Assembly (NCBI GenBank): GCA_034428895.1
Contig: DAOUGM010000015.1
Coordinates: 743 to 64,742, forward strand
Reading direction: 5' to 3'
From: Anaerolineaceae bacterium
Lineage (GTDB): Bacteria > Chloroflexota > Anaerolineae > Anaerolineales > Anaerolineaceae
Length of the DNA stretch: 64,000 nt
Shown here: positions 8,560 through 18,230 of the stretch, piece by piece
Position numbering within the stretch: the first letter of the stretch is position 1
Layout of the letters: each line of letters begins with the position of its first letter
Notes under the pieces: generated by a model
The model's input: the letters and a program-made list of their open reading frames with translations, nothing else
The model's database searches: none
Told to the model about the DNA's origin: nothing
Program-made: the position numbers and the translations under genes

Positions 8560-9285
8560 TTACAGGTCAACCGTCTCGGGAACGCGGAAGTTTTCGTTGG
8601 CTTTCTTGACCGCGGGATCAACATTGAAGTTCAAATCTTGACCGATAATTTCTTTGATGTAATTCTTGACACGTTTCTGCCAGTTTTCCTGATCCAGGTA
8701 GAAGATCTTGGCGCCGCCAAGTTCATGCTGCATCTGAGGATAGGGTTTGGTGGGTTGTGCCATGGTGAGGCCAGCCATCTTCCAGCCGTTGTAGCTTTCG
8801 AAGGTCGACCACCATTCCTTGACCTTGAGCATTTCCATTGCATAGTAGGTCTTGGCGTAGTACATCGGCCAGCCCAGGCGAGCCTTGCGGGAGAAGGCGA
8901 GGGTGTGCAGGCTGATGGCGACGTCTTTGTCCCATGCGCGGCCGTTTGCGAAACCAAGCCATTCACCGTCAACAAGTCCCATCATGGTGAAGGGATCTTT
9001 GAGGCGTTTGCGGATGAGGGCCAGGATTTCACCGTAAACACGAACACCGACGATATCATAGAAGTCTTTTTCGACTTTCATGACTTTTTCGAGGTAACCA
9101 AGTGCGGGTTTAATGTCGCTTTCTTTAATGGAGCGAATGTAGAGGATGCGTCCGTCTTTAAGGGTAAGCTGAGCATCAGGCCACGCAGGGAGATCCATCG
9201 GGGGCGCTTGAAGAATGGCTTCGATTTCGCGCACGTCGATTTTCATCTCTTCGGTAGAAACGGGGGTTGGGAGATCTACTTTCAT
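8560..9285 (-). CDS. Hypothetical protein (possibly an acyl-CoA N-acyltransferase-like fold)
   Basis: 241-aa ORF with coding-like composition and its own terminator. I recognise no diagnostic motif. The ILYIRSIKESD... start of a GNAT-like beta-strand is only suggestive. Confidence 0.55.
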   Translation of the reverse strand: MKVDLPTPVSTEEMKIDVREIEAILQAPPMDLPAWPDAQLTLKDGRILYIRSIKESDIKPALGYLEKVMKVEKDFYDIVGVRVYGEILALIRKRLKDPFTMMGLVDGEWLGFANGRAWDKDVAISLHTLAFSRKARLGWPMYYAKTYYAMEMLKVKEWWSTFESYNGWKMAGLTMAQPTKPYPQMQHELGGAKIFYLDQENWQKRVKNYIKEIIGQDLNFNVDPAVKKANENFRVPETVDL

Positions 9286-9605
9286 TTCAAATCCTTTTCT
9301 AAAAGATGATATTTTTTACTGCAAAATCAGTATAGCATCCACCCATACCCAAGTCAATCAAACATCGGATAAATGGACGAAATAGGGACTTATGTAACAT
9401 TTTAAAGTATGCATTTGTCCAGCGGTGAGGGGAGTTTCGTTACGTTCAAATCGACATAAAAAACATTAACGGCGCGGAGTAAAATCTCAAAATTGAGTTA
9501 AGAAAGAATGAATGGTGTTTGTAAAAGGCCCATCCAGACAGGTAAAACAAAGGGTGAAAGAAGGATTGTGCTATATACTGGGATATATTATTAACACTTG
9601 GAGGT

Positions 9606-9935
9606 ATGGAATCGATGGAGAATGACCAGTATTTGCTCACCGTATTTTTTAAACACAATCAATCCAAAAACCTGGACGAAATTCAAGCCCTTCTCAGAGA
9701 ATCCGGATTTTGGAAGGATTTTCCACCCCAGGGTATGGAAATTGTCTCTTGGTATGTGATGATGGGGATCGGGCACGTGGTGACTCTCAAGGTGCCGTCC
9801 TCGCGCCTGCGTGAGATCAACATGATCATCGAAAAGAAATCCTGGAAAGCCTTCACAACTGAATTTTATCCCACCTATGATTTTCACCCTTTTTATCAAA
9901 AGTTCCACGAAGAAGCCCTCGAACAACACAAGTAA
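9606..9935 (+). CDS. Small hypothetical protein (possibly DUF3303-like)
   Basis: 109 aa with a good RBS (TTGGAGGT directly before the ATG) and a terminator hairpin downstream. The family assignment is from memory only. Confidence 0.5.
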   Translation: MESMENDQYLLTVFFKHNQSKNLDEIQALLRESGFWKDFPPQGMEIVSWYVMMGIGHVVTLKVPSSRLREINMIIEKKSWKAFTTEFYPTYDFHPFYQKFHEEALEQHK

Positions 9936-9940
9936 CGTAA

Positions 9941-9964
9941 AAGGCAGCCGATCCCGGCTGCCTT
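9941..9964. terminator. Stem-loop between convergent genes (bidirectional terminator candidate)
   Basis: 10-bp stem: AAGGCAGCCG (9941-9950) pairs with CGGCTGCCTT (9955-9964), 4-nt loop. The U-run is better on the minus-strand transcript. Confidence 0.5.
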
Positions 9965-9996
9965 GGATTACTTCCCTATAAACTGCTGTAAAGGTT

Positions 9997-11388
9997 TTAT
10001 TTTCCGTATTTTTTAAAGTGCGGAGCAAACAGCGCTTCCGGGTCGGGAATGTTGGCGGGGATGGGATAAGCCACCCAGGTGACATTGAGGAAGTGTTTGA
10101 TGTTGATATTCTCAGTGGTGGAGTTCCCGCCCCAGGAACCGCAGCCCAGGGTCATGGAAAACGGCATGCCGTTCTCCCAATCGCCGCTGTTGCCCACGCT
10201 CTGCGCCTGTCTCACCATCATGCGGCTGACCTTGGCTTTGAGCGCCAGTTCCATAATATGTTCTTCATTAATAGAATGGATGCCGCAGGAATGACCGTAT
10301 CCACTGAAGCCAGTAATATCGATGACCATCTGAACGGCTTTGTCGAAATCCTTGTATTTCCACAGGGTCAGCACGGGGGAAAGTTTTTCAGCCGAGAACA
10401 TGTCTTCAGGGCCAATGTGTTCGCCAAGCACCATGATGAATTTTGTGCCTTCAGGGACGTTAATTCCAGCTTCGGTGGCAATCGTCTTAACGCTCTTGGC
10501 GATGATCTTCCCGCTCAAGTGTTTTCCATCCGGCCACATTGCGGCTTTTAATTTGGCGCGCTCTTCTCCGGTCACCAGGTAACCACTCTGTTTCTTCAGT
10601 TCTGCCAGCAGGTCTTCAAAAACGCTCTCGTGGATGATGATGTTGTTTTCGGCGGAGCATGAGGTGGCATTGTCGAAGGTTTTCCCCTTGAAAATCTTCA
10701 CTGCAGTGGTTGGTAGATCGGCAGTCTCATCGACGATCACCGTGGCGTTACCGGCTCCCACGCCATACGCAGGTTTCCCGCTGCTGTAAGCGGGCTTGAC
10801 AACACCCGCGCCGCCGGTCGCCAATACCAGGTCGACTTTGCTCATCAATTCCTGTGAAAGTTCCAGGGTAGGCTCTTCGATATACTGGATCAGATCTTCA
10901 GGGGCGCCAACTTTTTTCAAGCCCTTGCGCATCTCCATGCAAATCGCGGCGCAGGTCTTTTTGGCTTTGGGATGAGGGGAAAAGATGACAGCATTGCGCG
11001 CTTTCAAGATCATCAAACCATTGCAGGGCATGGTGGAAGAGGCATTGGTCATGGGGGTGATGGCACCGACCACACCGATGGGTTTGGCGATCTTGACCAG
11101 CCCTTTTTCAGGCACGCGTTCGATCACGCCAACAGTTTTTACTCCCTGAAGATCGCGCAGAACTCCGATGGTCTTCTTCTGGTGTTTGGCGACCTTGTCT
11201 TCATAAACGCCCAACCCGGTCTCGTCCACTGCAAGACGGGCAACCGCCTTTGCCGTTTCCAGTTTGTAGGATTCCCAGCCAACCGCCAGTACCATCTCAT
11301 CCACTTTTTCTTGCGGCCAGAATTCGATCACTTTCTGGGCTTCTTTTGCACGCTGCAACATCAGGTCAATATTATCGGTCATCTCCAT
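9997..11388 (-). CDS. CoA-acylating aldehyde dehydrogenase (SucD / EutE / PduP-like)
   Basis: 463 aa. It has the ALDH-superfamily layout without the long N-terminal arm, the catalytic Cys context NATSCSAEN, and a length and sequence feel like Clostridium-type succinate-semialdehyde dehydrogenase (acylating). The start could instead be the ATG at 11382. Confidence 0.8.
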   Translation of the reverse strand: MEMTDNIDLMLQRAKEAQKVIEFWPQEKVDEMVLAVGWESYKLETAKAVARLAVDETGLGVYEDKVAKHQKKTIGVLRDLQGVKTVGVIERVPEKGLVKIAKPIGVVGAITPMTNASSTMPCNGLMILKARNAVIFSPHPKAKKTCAAICMEMRKGLKKVGAPEDLIQYIEEPTLELSQELMSKVDLVLATGGAGVVKPAYSSGKPAYGVGAGNATVIVDETADLPTTAVKIFKGKTFDNATSCSAENNIIIHESVFEDLLAELKKQSGYLVTGEERAKLKAAMWPDGKHLSGKIIAKSVKTIATEAGINVPEGTKFIMVLGEHIGPEDMFSAEKLSPVLTLWKYKDFDKAVQMVIDITGFSGYGHSCGIHSINEEHIMELALKAKVSRMMVRQAQSVGNSGDWENGMPFSMTLGCGSWGGNSTTENINIKHFLNVTWVAYPIPANIPDPEALFAPHFKKYGK

Positions 11389-11426
11389 GCTCCAATCTTT
11401 TTAAGTAATATTTATTCATACCTTTG

Positions 11427-12701
11427 TTACTTGGCTGCGGCTGCCAGGGAGGCTTCGAAAATGTTTAAAGCCTCATCCATCTGCTCCCGCGTTACCACCA
11501 GCGGCGGGATCCAGCGAATGGTATTATCCCACGGACCGGCGGTTAGAAGCATCATATTGCGGTCTGCGCATTCGTGCTGAACTGCCTTGGTGAGTTTCTT
11601 ATCCGGGTTGCCTTTTGCATCACGGAATTCCGAGCCGATCATCAATCCGCGCCCGCGGATATCGGCGATTTGCGGATATTTCTCTTGCAGACGGCTTAAA
11701 CCTGCCACCAATTGGGCTCCGCGCTGCTGCGCATTTTCGAGCATTTTTTCCTCTTTCATGGCCTGGATGGTCGCTATTCCTGCCGCGGCAGCCACCGCAT
11801 TTCCGCCATACGTACCACCATGAGATCCGGGTATCCACTTCGACATCAAGTCCAGGCGGCTGATCACGCCGGAGATGGGCATACCGGAAGCCAGACCTTT
11901 TGCTACGGTCATTACATCCGGCTCGATATCGAAGTGCTGGTGACCGAACCATTTTCCAGTGCGGCCGAACCCGGATTGCACTTCATCCAGGACCAGCAAT
12001 ATGCCATATTTGCTGGTGAGTTCCCGCAATCCTTTCATAAACGAGAGCGGAGGAACGACATATCCACCTTCGCCGATGATCGGCTCGATGAACACGGCGG
12101 CTGTTTCCTGTGGAGCGGTTTGGGTGGCAAGCAGCAATTCCAATTCGTCCAGGCACCATTGGCTGGTCTTTTCTTCATCCCATCCATAACGCAGCGCGTA
12201 TGGATATGGCGATACATAGACGCCTGCCATCAGAGGCTGATAACCGACCTTGTAAATCGTTTTTGAGGTGGTCATCGCCATGGTGGCGTTGGTGCGTCCA
12301 TGAAAACTTCCCTGGAAAACGATCACGTTGGGTCTGCCGGTGGCGTGACGCACGAGCTTCAACGCCCCTTCGACGGCTTCAGCCCCTGAATTGCTGAAGA
12401 AGAATCCATCCAACGATCCGGGGACGATCGTTCTTAGTTCCGCTACCAGTTCGAGCATTGGTTTGTGGGTGACGAGGTTGGCCTGACCGTGAATGAGCAA
12501 TCCAGCCTGTTTCCGGATCGCCTCTACAACCTTTGGATGGCAGTGACCGGTGTTGGTTACACCGATACCACAGGTAAAATCGAGGATCTTCCTGCCATCG
12601 GTTGCATAGAGGTAACTGCCTTCCGCATGATCCACAATGATATCCGAGTAATGCGTCCAAACTGGTGAAAGATGCTTGAAATTGTCCTGGTAATCTGTCA
12701 T
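11427..12701 (-). CDS. Class-III PLP aminotransferase (4-aminobutyrate / omega-amino acid aminotransferase-like)
   Basis: Motifs FSNSGAEAVE, LDEVQSGFGRTG and the Schiff-base Lys in TVAKGL. Start revised to ATG at 12701 (MTDYQ..., RBS AAGAGG), because the ORF-track N-terminal extension looks non-coding. Confidence 0.85.
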   Translation of the reverse strand: MTDYQDNFKHLSPVWTHYSDIIVDHAEGSYLYATDGRKILDFTCGIGVTNTGHCHPKVVEAIRKQAGLLIHGQANLVTHKPMLELVAELRTIVPGSLDGFFFSNSGAEAVEGALKLVRHATGRPNVIVFQGSFHGRTNATMAMTTSKTIYKVGYQPLMAGVYVSPYPYALRYGWDEEKTSQWCLDELELLLATQTAPQETAAVFIEPIIGEGGYVVPPLSFMKGLRELTSKYGILLVLDEVQSGFGRTGKWFGHQHFDIEPDVMTVAKGLASGMPISGVISRLDLMSKWIPGSHGGTYGGNAVAAAAGIATIQAMKEEKMLENAQQRGAQLVAGLSRLQEKYPQIADIRGRGLMIGSEFRDAKGNPDKKLTKAVQHECADRNMMLLTAGPWDNTIRWIPPLVVTREQMDEALNIFEASLAAAAK

Positions 12702-13014
12702 ATGAGTTTTCCTCTTAATGATAAAAAATCGAAAGCCACCGAATTTCTTCAGGAACAATCCTTGAAGTTTTCGCTGGGCGGATTTCCGTACAAGTTTCAG
12801 CTAAAAATATTGTATGTCATTTCAATGTTACATCAACGTCAATGCAAGGTCCGTGGATGGAACGTTCCTCTGAAGATGCAAGGGGTTTAAAGTTCCATAA
12901 ACAAAAAAATATGTAGCGTATCAGTACAGGGAGTTCCCCGATCTTGATTTTTCATTATTGGGTTGAAAAATGGATCAGGGAACTCATTTTCTTATGGCTT
13001 ATTGATCAGTAACT

Positions 13015-14220
13015 CTACCACTCTTTAATGCCCCAGGGGAAGCCAAATTCGGCCATCAGGTCCATGAAGGGTACGGGGTCAAAGTATTCGGGGCCTTCCA
13101 CACCGGCGGCTTTCCAGACGCCCTTGCTGAGCAATTCCATGCCGATCACGGCATTGAAGGCAGTTTGGGTAACGACCACCTGGCAGCCAAACTTCTTCAT
13201 GCTCCACTTGTTGTCTGCCACCTGGTACAGGTAGACGTTTTTCTCCTTGCCGTCCTTTTTCCCTTTGACCCAGGTTCCGGCGCAGGTTTGTCCTTCCATG
13301 AGCGGGCCCAGGTGGGCGGGGTCGGGCAGGCAGGCGGCAACCACGTCACGCGGAGCGACCTCGACTTTTCCAACCTTGATGGGTTCCTTGTTGTCCAGTC
13401 CGAGCAGGTGGAGGGTTTTCAGAATGCCGATGAATTCATCACCCAGACCATACTTGAAGGTCACGCGGTTGCATTTAATATAGCGCGGCGCAAGCAGTAC
13501 TTCTTCGTGTTCCACGTTCACACATTCCACCTTGCCGATTCCCTCCGGGAATTCGAATACTTCCTTCTCTGAGAAGGGTTCAGTGGTGAACCATTTTTTG
13601 CCCTTTTCCCAAATGACGGGCGGGTTCAGGCATTCTTCGATCGTGGTCCAGATGGAGAAGTTGGGTGCGAAATCATAACCTTTAACGATCAGGTTGGCAC
13701 CGTCACGAACGTTGATTTCATCCACTTCGTCGAAAAGATGTGTGGCAGCATATTTGGCGAACACGTCTGCCATGCCCGGTTCGACACCCAGACCCAACAA
13801 CGCCAGGATGCCTTTTTCCTTCCATTCTTTGGCGCGTGCGAACTGGTAATCTCCCAATTTGACGCCGGTTTTCGAATAAGGTGTCTTGGGGTGCGGGTGC
13901 GACAGGGTCATCGCCATATCCATATAGTTGCATCCCACATTGTAGGCTGCGTCAAAGATCACTTCATTAAAACTGGGATCGCAAGCGTTCATGATCAGAT
14001 CGACCTTATATTTCTTGGCGAGCTTTTCGATCATTTCGATCTTGCGGGCGTCGATGAACTCCACCGGGAAGCGAGCCGGGTCTTTGATCTTTGCCTGAAC
14101 TTCCTCGGCGCGCGTTTTATTGTAGTCGGCCAATACCATTTTTTCGAGCCAGGGACGCCTGGCCGCCATTACGGCAATTGCCTCGCCAACACCGCCAACT
14201 CCAACCAGCAATACCTTCAT
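13015..14220 (-). CDS. Saccharopine dehydrogenase family NAD(P)-binding protein (carboxynorspermidine-dehydrogenase-like)
   Basis: Rossmann motif KVLLVGVGGVG at the N-terminus and the length and layout of the saccharopine dehydrogenase family. Start set to the second ATG (14220), 6 nt after GGAGG. Confidence 0.75.
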   Translation of the reverse strand: MKVLLVGVGGVGEAIAVMAARRPWLEKMVLADYNKTRAEEVQAKIKDPARFPVEFIDARKIEMIEKLAKKYKVDLIMNACDPSFNEVIFDAAYNVGCNYMDMAMTLSHPHPKTPYSKTGVKLGDYQFARAKEWKEKGILALLGLGVEPGMADVFAKYAATHLFDEVDEINVRDGANLIVKGYDFAPNFSIWTTIEECLNPPVIWEKGKKWFTTEPFSEKEVFEFPEGIGKVECVNVEHEEVLLAPRYIKCNRVTFKYGLGDEFIGILKTLHLLGLDNKEPIKVGKVEVAPRDVVAACLPDPAHLGPLMEGQTCAGTWVKGKKDGKEKNVYLYQVADNKWSMKKFGCQVVVTQTAFNAVIGMELLSKGVWKAAGVEGPEYFDPVPFMDLMAEFGFPWGIKEW

Positions 14221-14249
14221 AACCATCCTCCTATATCCTCTTTTTAAAT

Positions 14250-15848
14250 TTATTCCTCAACGGTATCCAAAACATACGGATCGACATCCGGGATATCTTT
14301 TTTGATCCATTTTCGAATTGGGAAATAGAGGACGGCGCCAACCGCCATGGCGATCAATCCCCAGCCAATTGCACCCTCCCATCCAAAGTCCAGCACCTGG
14401 CTGACAATGGCGAGTATGATGATTGTGAGAGGCGCAACGACGATGTAGATGAGACCCCAAACGCCTCCAGGTACGCGGTTACGCGGTAACTCCGGGCGCT
14501 TGATACGCAAGGCCACCAGTGCAAAGATCTCCGCCATCAGTACCAGCATATTCAGAAAAACATCGATGACTACCAGGTTCTGAAAGGCGGAGGTGGAGAA
14601 TATGAGGTAAAACACTCCGCATATGAGGATCGACACCCACGGCGTACCGTACTTGGGATGAACCTTGTTCAACCAGGTGGGCATCATACCGTCCTCGGCC
14701 ATGGCGTATGGCACGCGCGTACCTCCCAGTCCATTACCGATGAACAAACCGATCATCGAGAAGATGGCGGATATACCCACGATCGCGCCGAGGAAGTAGG
14801 AGAGCGGGCTGTTCTTTCCGGCAACTACGTCGCCGATACGGTGAGCAATGGTGGGGAATTCCCAACCGGCATCGATCGTGGGATCAACTCCCCAGCTCAT
14901 CATCTGTTCGTTTGTGATACCCTGTTCGTTGAGGATCGGGCCAATTCCGACACCGGTTTCAGCCTCTTCGATACCCCAAACCAGGTATTGCCCATCGGTT
15001 CCCGCGCCGCCGTATAAACCGGCTACGGTTGGGATGGAATAGGAAAGGATGGCGGCAATCAAGACCAGCACCATCGCGCGCGGATAGGTTTTCTTCGGGT
15101 TTTTGATCTCGTCGCCGGCTGCGGTTGGAAGTTCCCACCCCATGAAGTTCCACATGGCCACGTAAATACCGACACTCAATGCCCCCAGCAGGTTTTTACC
15201 GTTAACGGCTGCTCCACCAGGCAGGAAGGGAATATCGGTGGGGGTGCCGTTGACGATCCATGCATAAATTCCAAAACCGGACATGACCACCAGCGGGATG
15301 ATCATCAAAACGCCCAGCCAGCTTGCGGTTAGACCGGAAAGTTTGGCACCGCGCATGTTCAACAGGGAAATGGCAATGATCAAAACTGCGGCCACCAGCC
15401 AGGAGAGAAGGTCGGAAGAAACTTCCACCCCGAAAATCGTGGCACCTTCATTGAGGGCAGGGATGAAGTAACTGAGATACCAGGCTGTCCACACCGGGTA
15501 AATGGAGACATCCACCCAGGAAACCACCCAGTTCATCCATCCAGACATGAATCCAGCGAATGGGCCGAAGGCTTGTTTGACCCAGTGGTAATATCCACCT
15601 TCCACCGGCATCATCGATTGCATTTCCCTCACCATGAGCATATTGGGGATGCTGAATACTATTGGTGTTACTACCATCAACAACAATGCCAGTCCGGGCC
15701 CTGAAAGACCGACCATCGGCTCCGCCCCGAATGCGCCACCGCACACCGTAAAATAGATCAAGCCAAAAAGCGGAATGAGAGTTAATTCCCTTTTTAGTTT
15801 TTTCTTTTCGGCAGCAACGAGACTACCCTTATCCATTTCCATTGTCAT
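14250..15848 (-). CDS. APC-superfamily amino acid / polyamine permease
   Basis: About 12 predicted TM segments with APC-like sequence. Start revised to ATG at 15848 (MTMEMDKG..., RBS AAAGGAG 6 nt upstream). Confidence 0.85.
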   Translation of the reverse strand: MTMEMDKGSLVAAEKKKLKRELTLIPLFGLIYFTVCGGAFGAEPMVGLSGPGLALLLMVVTPIVFSIPNMLMVREMQSMMPVEGGYYHWVKQAFGPFAGFMSGWMNWVVSWVDVSIYPVWTAWYLSYFIPALNEGATIFGVEVSSDLLSWLVAAVLIIAISLLNMRGAKLSGLTASWLGVLMIIPLVVMSGFGIYAWIVNGTPTDIPFLPGGAAVNGKNLLGALSVGIYVAMWNFMGWELPTAAGDEIKNPKKTYPRAMVLVLIAAILSYSIPTVAGLYGGAGTDGQYLVWGIEEAETGVGIGPILNEQGITNEQMMSWGVDPTIDAGWEFPTIAHRIGDVVAGKNSPLSYFLGAIVGISAIFSMIGLFIGNGLGGTRVPYAMAEDGMMPTWLNKVHPKYGTPWVSILICGVFYLIFSTSAFQNLVVIDVFLNMLVLMAEIFALVALRIKRPELPRNRVPGGVWGLIYIVVAPLTIIILAIVSQVLDFGWEGAIGWGLIAMAVGAVLYFPIRKWIKKDIPDVDPYVLDTVEE

Positions 15849-15969
15849 AGAGCGCTCCTTTGCAAAAACAGTATCAAAATTACGTTTACACCGATGCAAA
15901 TTGGATTTACACCGACTGACGCCTGGATTGGAATACCGTTAATAAAGGACTACTCCGGTAAGTTGTTTC

Positions 15970-16452
15970 TTACGGGTTTTCAGGTTCTATGCAATATGAG
16001 GGTATGTGCCAGATGTGGTCGTCTTTAATCTTGTTCGGGACAAAGGAAATGTGGGTTTTTCTCACACCGGGGATCTTGCCAACGATTTCGGTGACGAAGT
16101 TGAACAATTCGCTATTGTTGCGGGCAAAAACCTGGATGCTGATGTCGGTATCGCCGGTTGAGTAAGCGATATAGCTTACCAATTCGTATAAAGCAAGCGA
16201 TTCGGCAATTTCAAGAACTTGAGACGGTTCTACTTCAATGTAGACATCCGCGCATACCGATAAACCTAAAGCCGAAGCGTTGACATTGCCGCGAACAGTA
16301 ATAATTTCATTCTTGATCAAGCGGTCGATCCGGTAACGCACCGCCCGCTCAGAAATGCCGCCGATCTGTGAAGCGATCTTCGCACAGCTCATCCTGCCGT
16401 CCTCGATGAGAAGGTCTGAGATTTTCTTGTCAATCACGTCTATTTTAATCAT
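15970..16452 (-). CDS. Lrp/AsnC family transcriptional regulator
   Basis: 160 aa with an N-terminal HTH (DKKISDLLIEDGRMSCAKIASQIGGISERAVRYRIDRL) plus a C-terminal RAM/AsnC_trans_reg domain. It is divergent from the PatA-like operon. Confidence 0.9.
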   Translation of the reverse strand: MIKIDVIDKKISDLLIEDGRMSCAKIASQIGGISERAVRYRIDRLIKNEIITVRGNVNASALGLSVCADVYIEVEPSQVLEIAESLALYELVSYIAYSTGDTDISIQVFARNNSELFNFVTEIVGKIPGVRKTHISFVPNKIKDDHIWHIPSYCIEPENP

Positions 16453-16642
16453 TATTACCCTTTTTTATTTCCGAGATATACATATATTATAGATATTATT
16501 TCCGAAAATACAATAACTGATCGAGGTTTCTTGTGAATTCCTTCAATAATCCTCCTCTTATCAACACGAATATTTTTTTCCATAATGGAATTGACACTTT
16601 TTGACCAGCCAAACCCAATGAATATAGTACAGAAATTCCTAC

Positions 16643-16670
16643 TTGACAACAGGTCTTTTTTTCGTAATAA
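16643..16670 (+). promoter_or_regulatory. Candidate sigma-70 promoter for the patA-like / SSS operon
   Basis: TTGACA (16643-16648), 16-nt spacer, TAATAA (16665-16670), in the AT-rich divergent intergenic region. Confidence 0.3.
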
Positions 16671-16780
16671 TAATTTGTAGGTAAAAACGGCAACAATCTC
16701 TCAAAAATCCTGTAATATCGGTATTATTTATTAATTTATTGGGTGAAATCGGCAGATATTTTGGCACGTTGTGTTTCCAT

Positions 16781-16801
16781 TTAACTTGTCGATCAAGTTA
16801 A
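16781..16801. promoter_or_regulatory. 8-5-8 perfect inverted repeat just upstream of the patA-like RBS
   Basis: TTAACTTG-tcgat-CAAGTTAA, ending 16 nt before the GGAGGAG RBS of the gene starting at 16830. Confidence 0.3.
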
Positions 16802-16829
16802 TAATCCAGACCAGATTGGAGGAGATGAA

Positions 16830-18188
16830 ATGCCACAAGATTTACAAGATGCATTATCTTATTCGAATCGATGGTTGGAACTCATCGAGAAGCCCGAGGT
16901 TACCCCGACCGAGGGAAAGGAGATCATTGAAGAGAGCAAGAAAAACTTTGCTGACTACTTCAACCGAAACTGGCTCGAATACCGTAAATCGGTGACAGAG
17001 GCGGGAGATTGGGCTTGTGTTGAATGGAACGGCCGGGGCGCGATCTTTAAAGATGTCCTGGGTCGCGAATATATCGACTGCCTGGGTGGGTACGGCATGA
17101 TGGATCATGGATGGAGTCATCCTGATGTGGTGAAAGCGGTGGCAGCCCAGTTACGGCGCACACCCATGCCCAGCCAGGAATTGATCGATCCATTGAGGGG
17201 AGTATTGGCCAGGATGATGGCAGACATTACTCCCGGGGATATTAAGTATTCCTTCTTCTGCGCCAGCGGTACGGAATCCATCGAAGGCGCCATAAAACTG
17301 GCAAAGATGTACACTCAGAAATCCGCTTTCATCGTTGCCACCAAGGCTTTCCACGGCAAAACCATGGGTTCTCTTTCCATGATGGGTAAGGCTGATTATC
17401 GTCAACCGCCCGGACTTTTATATGGAGGTCCAGTTTATCATGTGCCCTACGGTGACGCCGCAGCAGTAGAGAAACAACTTGAGATATGCGACCAAGTCGG
17501 CATCGGTGTTGCAGCTGTGCTGATGGAACCCATCCAGGGTGAAGCCGGTGCGATCGTTCCGCCCGATGACTTCTGGCCGCGCATTCGAAAGGCAACCAAA
17601 GATCACGGCGTTCTGCTCATCGCCGACGAGGTTCAGACCGGACTCGGCAGAACCGGCAAGCTTTGGGGTGTGGATCATTGGGATGTCAAACCTGATATCG
17701 TGGCCATTGCCAAGTCACTGGGCGGCGGCGTGATGCCTATCAGCGCATTCTGCTCCACCGAGGAAATCTGGCAGTGCATGATGTATCCAAATCCATTCAT
17801 CCATACCACCACTACGGGCGGCGGTGCGCTGGCCTGCTCGGCAGCCATTGCCTCCATTAACGTAGCCCTCAGGGATGATTTTCCAAAGCAGGCGGCTGAC
17901 AAAGGCGCCTATCTGCTGCCCAAATTGCAGGAAATTGCCAAGAAACATTCAAATATTTATAACTTCGTGTGCGGCAAGGGTCTGCTGATCGGACAGCACT
18001 TCAAGGAATCCGAGGTTGGATATAAAGTAGCCGCAGGATTATTCAAACGCGGCGTCCTGGTGGCAGGTACGCTGACCAGCGCGCATACCATCCGCATCGA
18101 GCCTCCGATTGTGATCACCTACGAACAGATCGACGAGGTATTGAACAGGCTGGAAGATACATTAAAGGAAATCAATGCTTCGCTGTAA
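16830..18188 (+). CDS. patA: Putrescine (diamine) aminotransferase-like class-III PLP aminotransferase
   Basis: 452 aa. The N-terminal segment NRNWLEYRKSVTEAGDWACVEW...EYIDCLGGYG and the downstream SQELIDPLRGVLA, IKYSFFCASGTESIEGAIKLAK, ADEVQTGLGRTGK and AKSLGGGVMPI closely parallel E. coli PatA/YgjG as I remember it. Confidence 0.8.
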   Translation: MPQDLQDALSYSNRWLELIEKPEVTPTEGKEIIEESKKNFADYFNRNWLEYRKSVTEAGDWACVEWNGRGAIFKDVLGREYIDCLGGYGMMDHGWSHPDVVKAVAAQLRRTPMPSQELIDPLRGVLARMMADITPGDIKYSFFCASGTESIEGAIKLAKMYTQKSAFIVATKAFHGKTMGSLSMMGKADYRQPPGLLYGGPVYHVPYGDAAAVEKQLEICDQVGIGVAAVLMEPIQGEAGAIVPPDDFWPRIRKATKDHGVLLIADEVQTGLGRTGKLWGVDHWDVKPDIVAIAKSLGGGVMPISAFCSTEEIWQCMMYPNPFIHTTTTGGGALACSAAIASINVALRDDFPKQAADKGAYLLPKLQEIAKKHSNIYNFVCGKGLLIGQHFKESEVGYKVAAGLFKRGVLVAGTLTSAHTIRIEPPIVITYEQIDEVLNRLEDTLKEINASL

Positions 18189-18230
18189 TTCGTCCTTTGT
18201 TTTTCCATTCTTTATTTAAGGAAGGGTCTA

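Noticed and set aside
8560-9285. Possibility that this ORF is the missing YlbF (DUF2877) partner of FdrA/YlbE.
   Set aside because: It has no resemblance to the YlbF motifs I recall (for example the HDD and GHTSG regions). It is also separated from fdrA by its own terminator and a ~320-nt promoter region.
12931-12985. Possible terminator hairpin (GAGTTCCC...GGGAACTC) downstream of the saccharopine-dehydrogenase-like gene.
   Set aside because: The loop is large (~29 nt), the stem has a mismatch, and there is no U-tract on the minus-strand transcript. This is not convincing.
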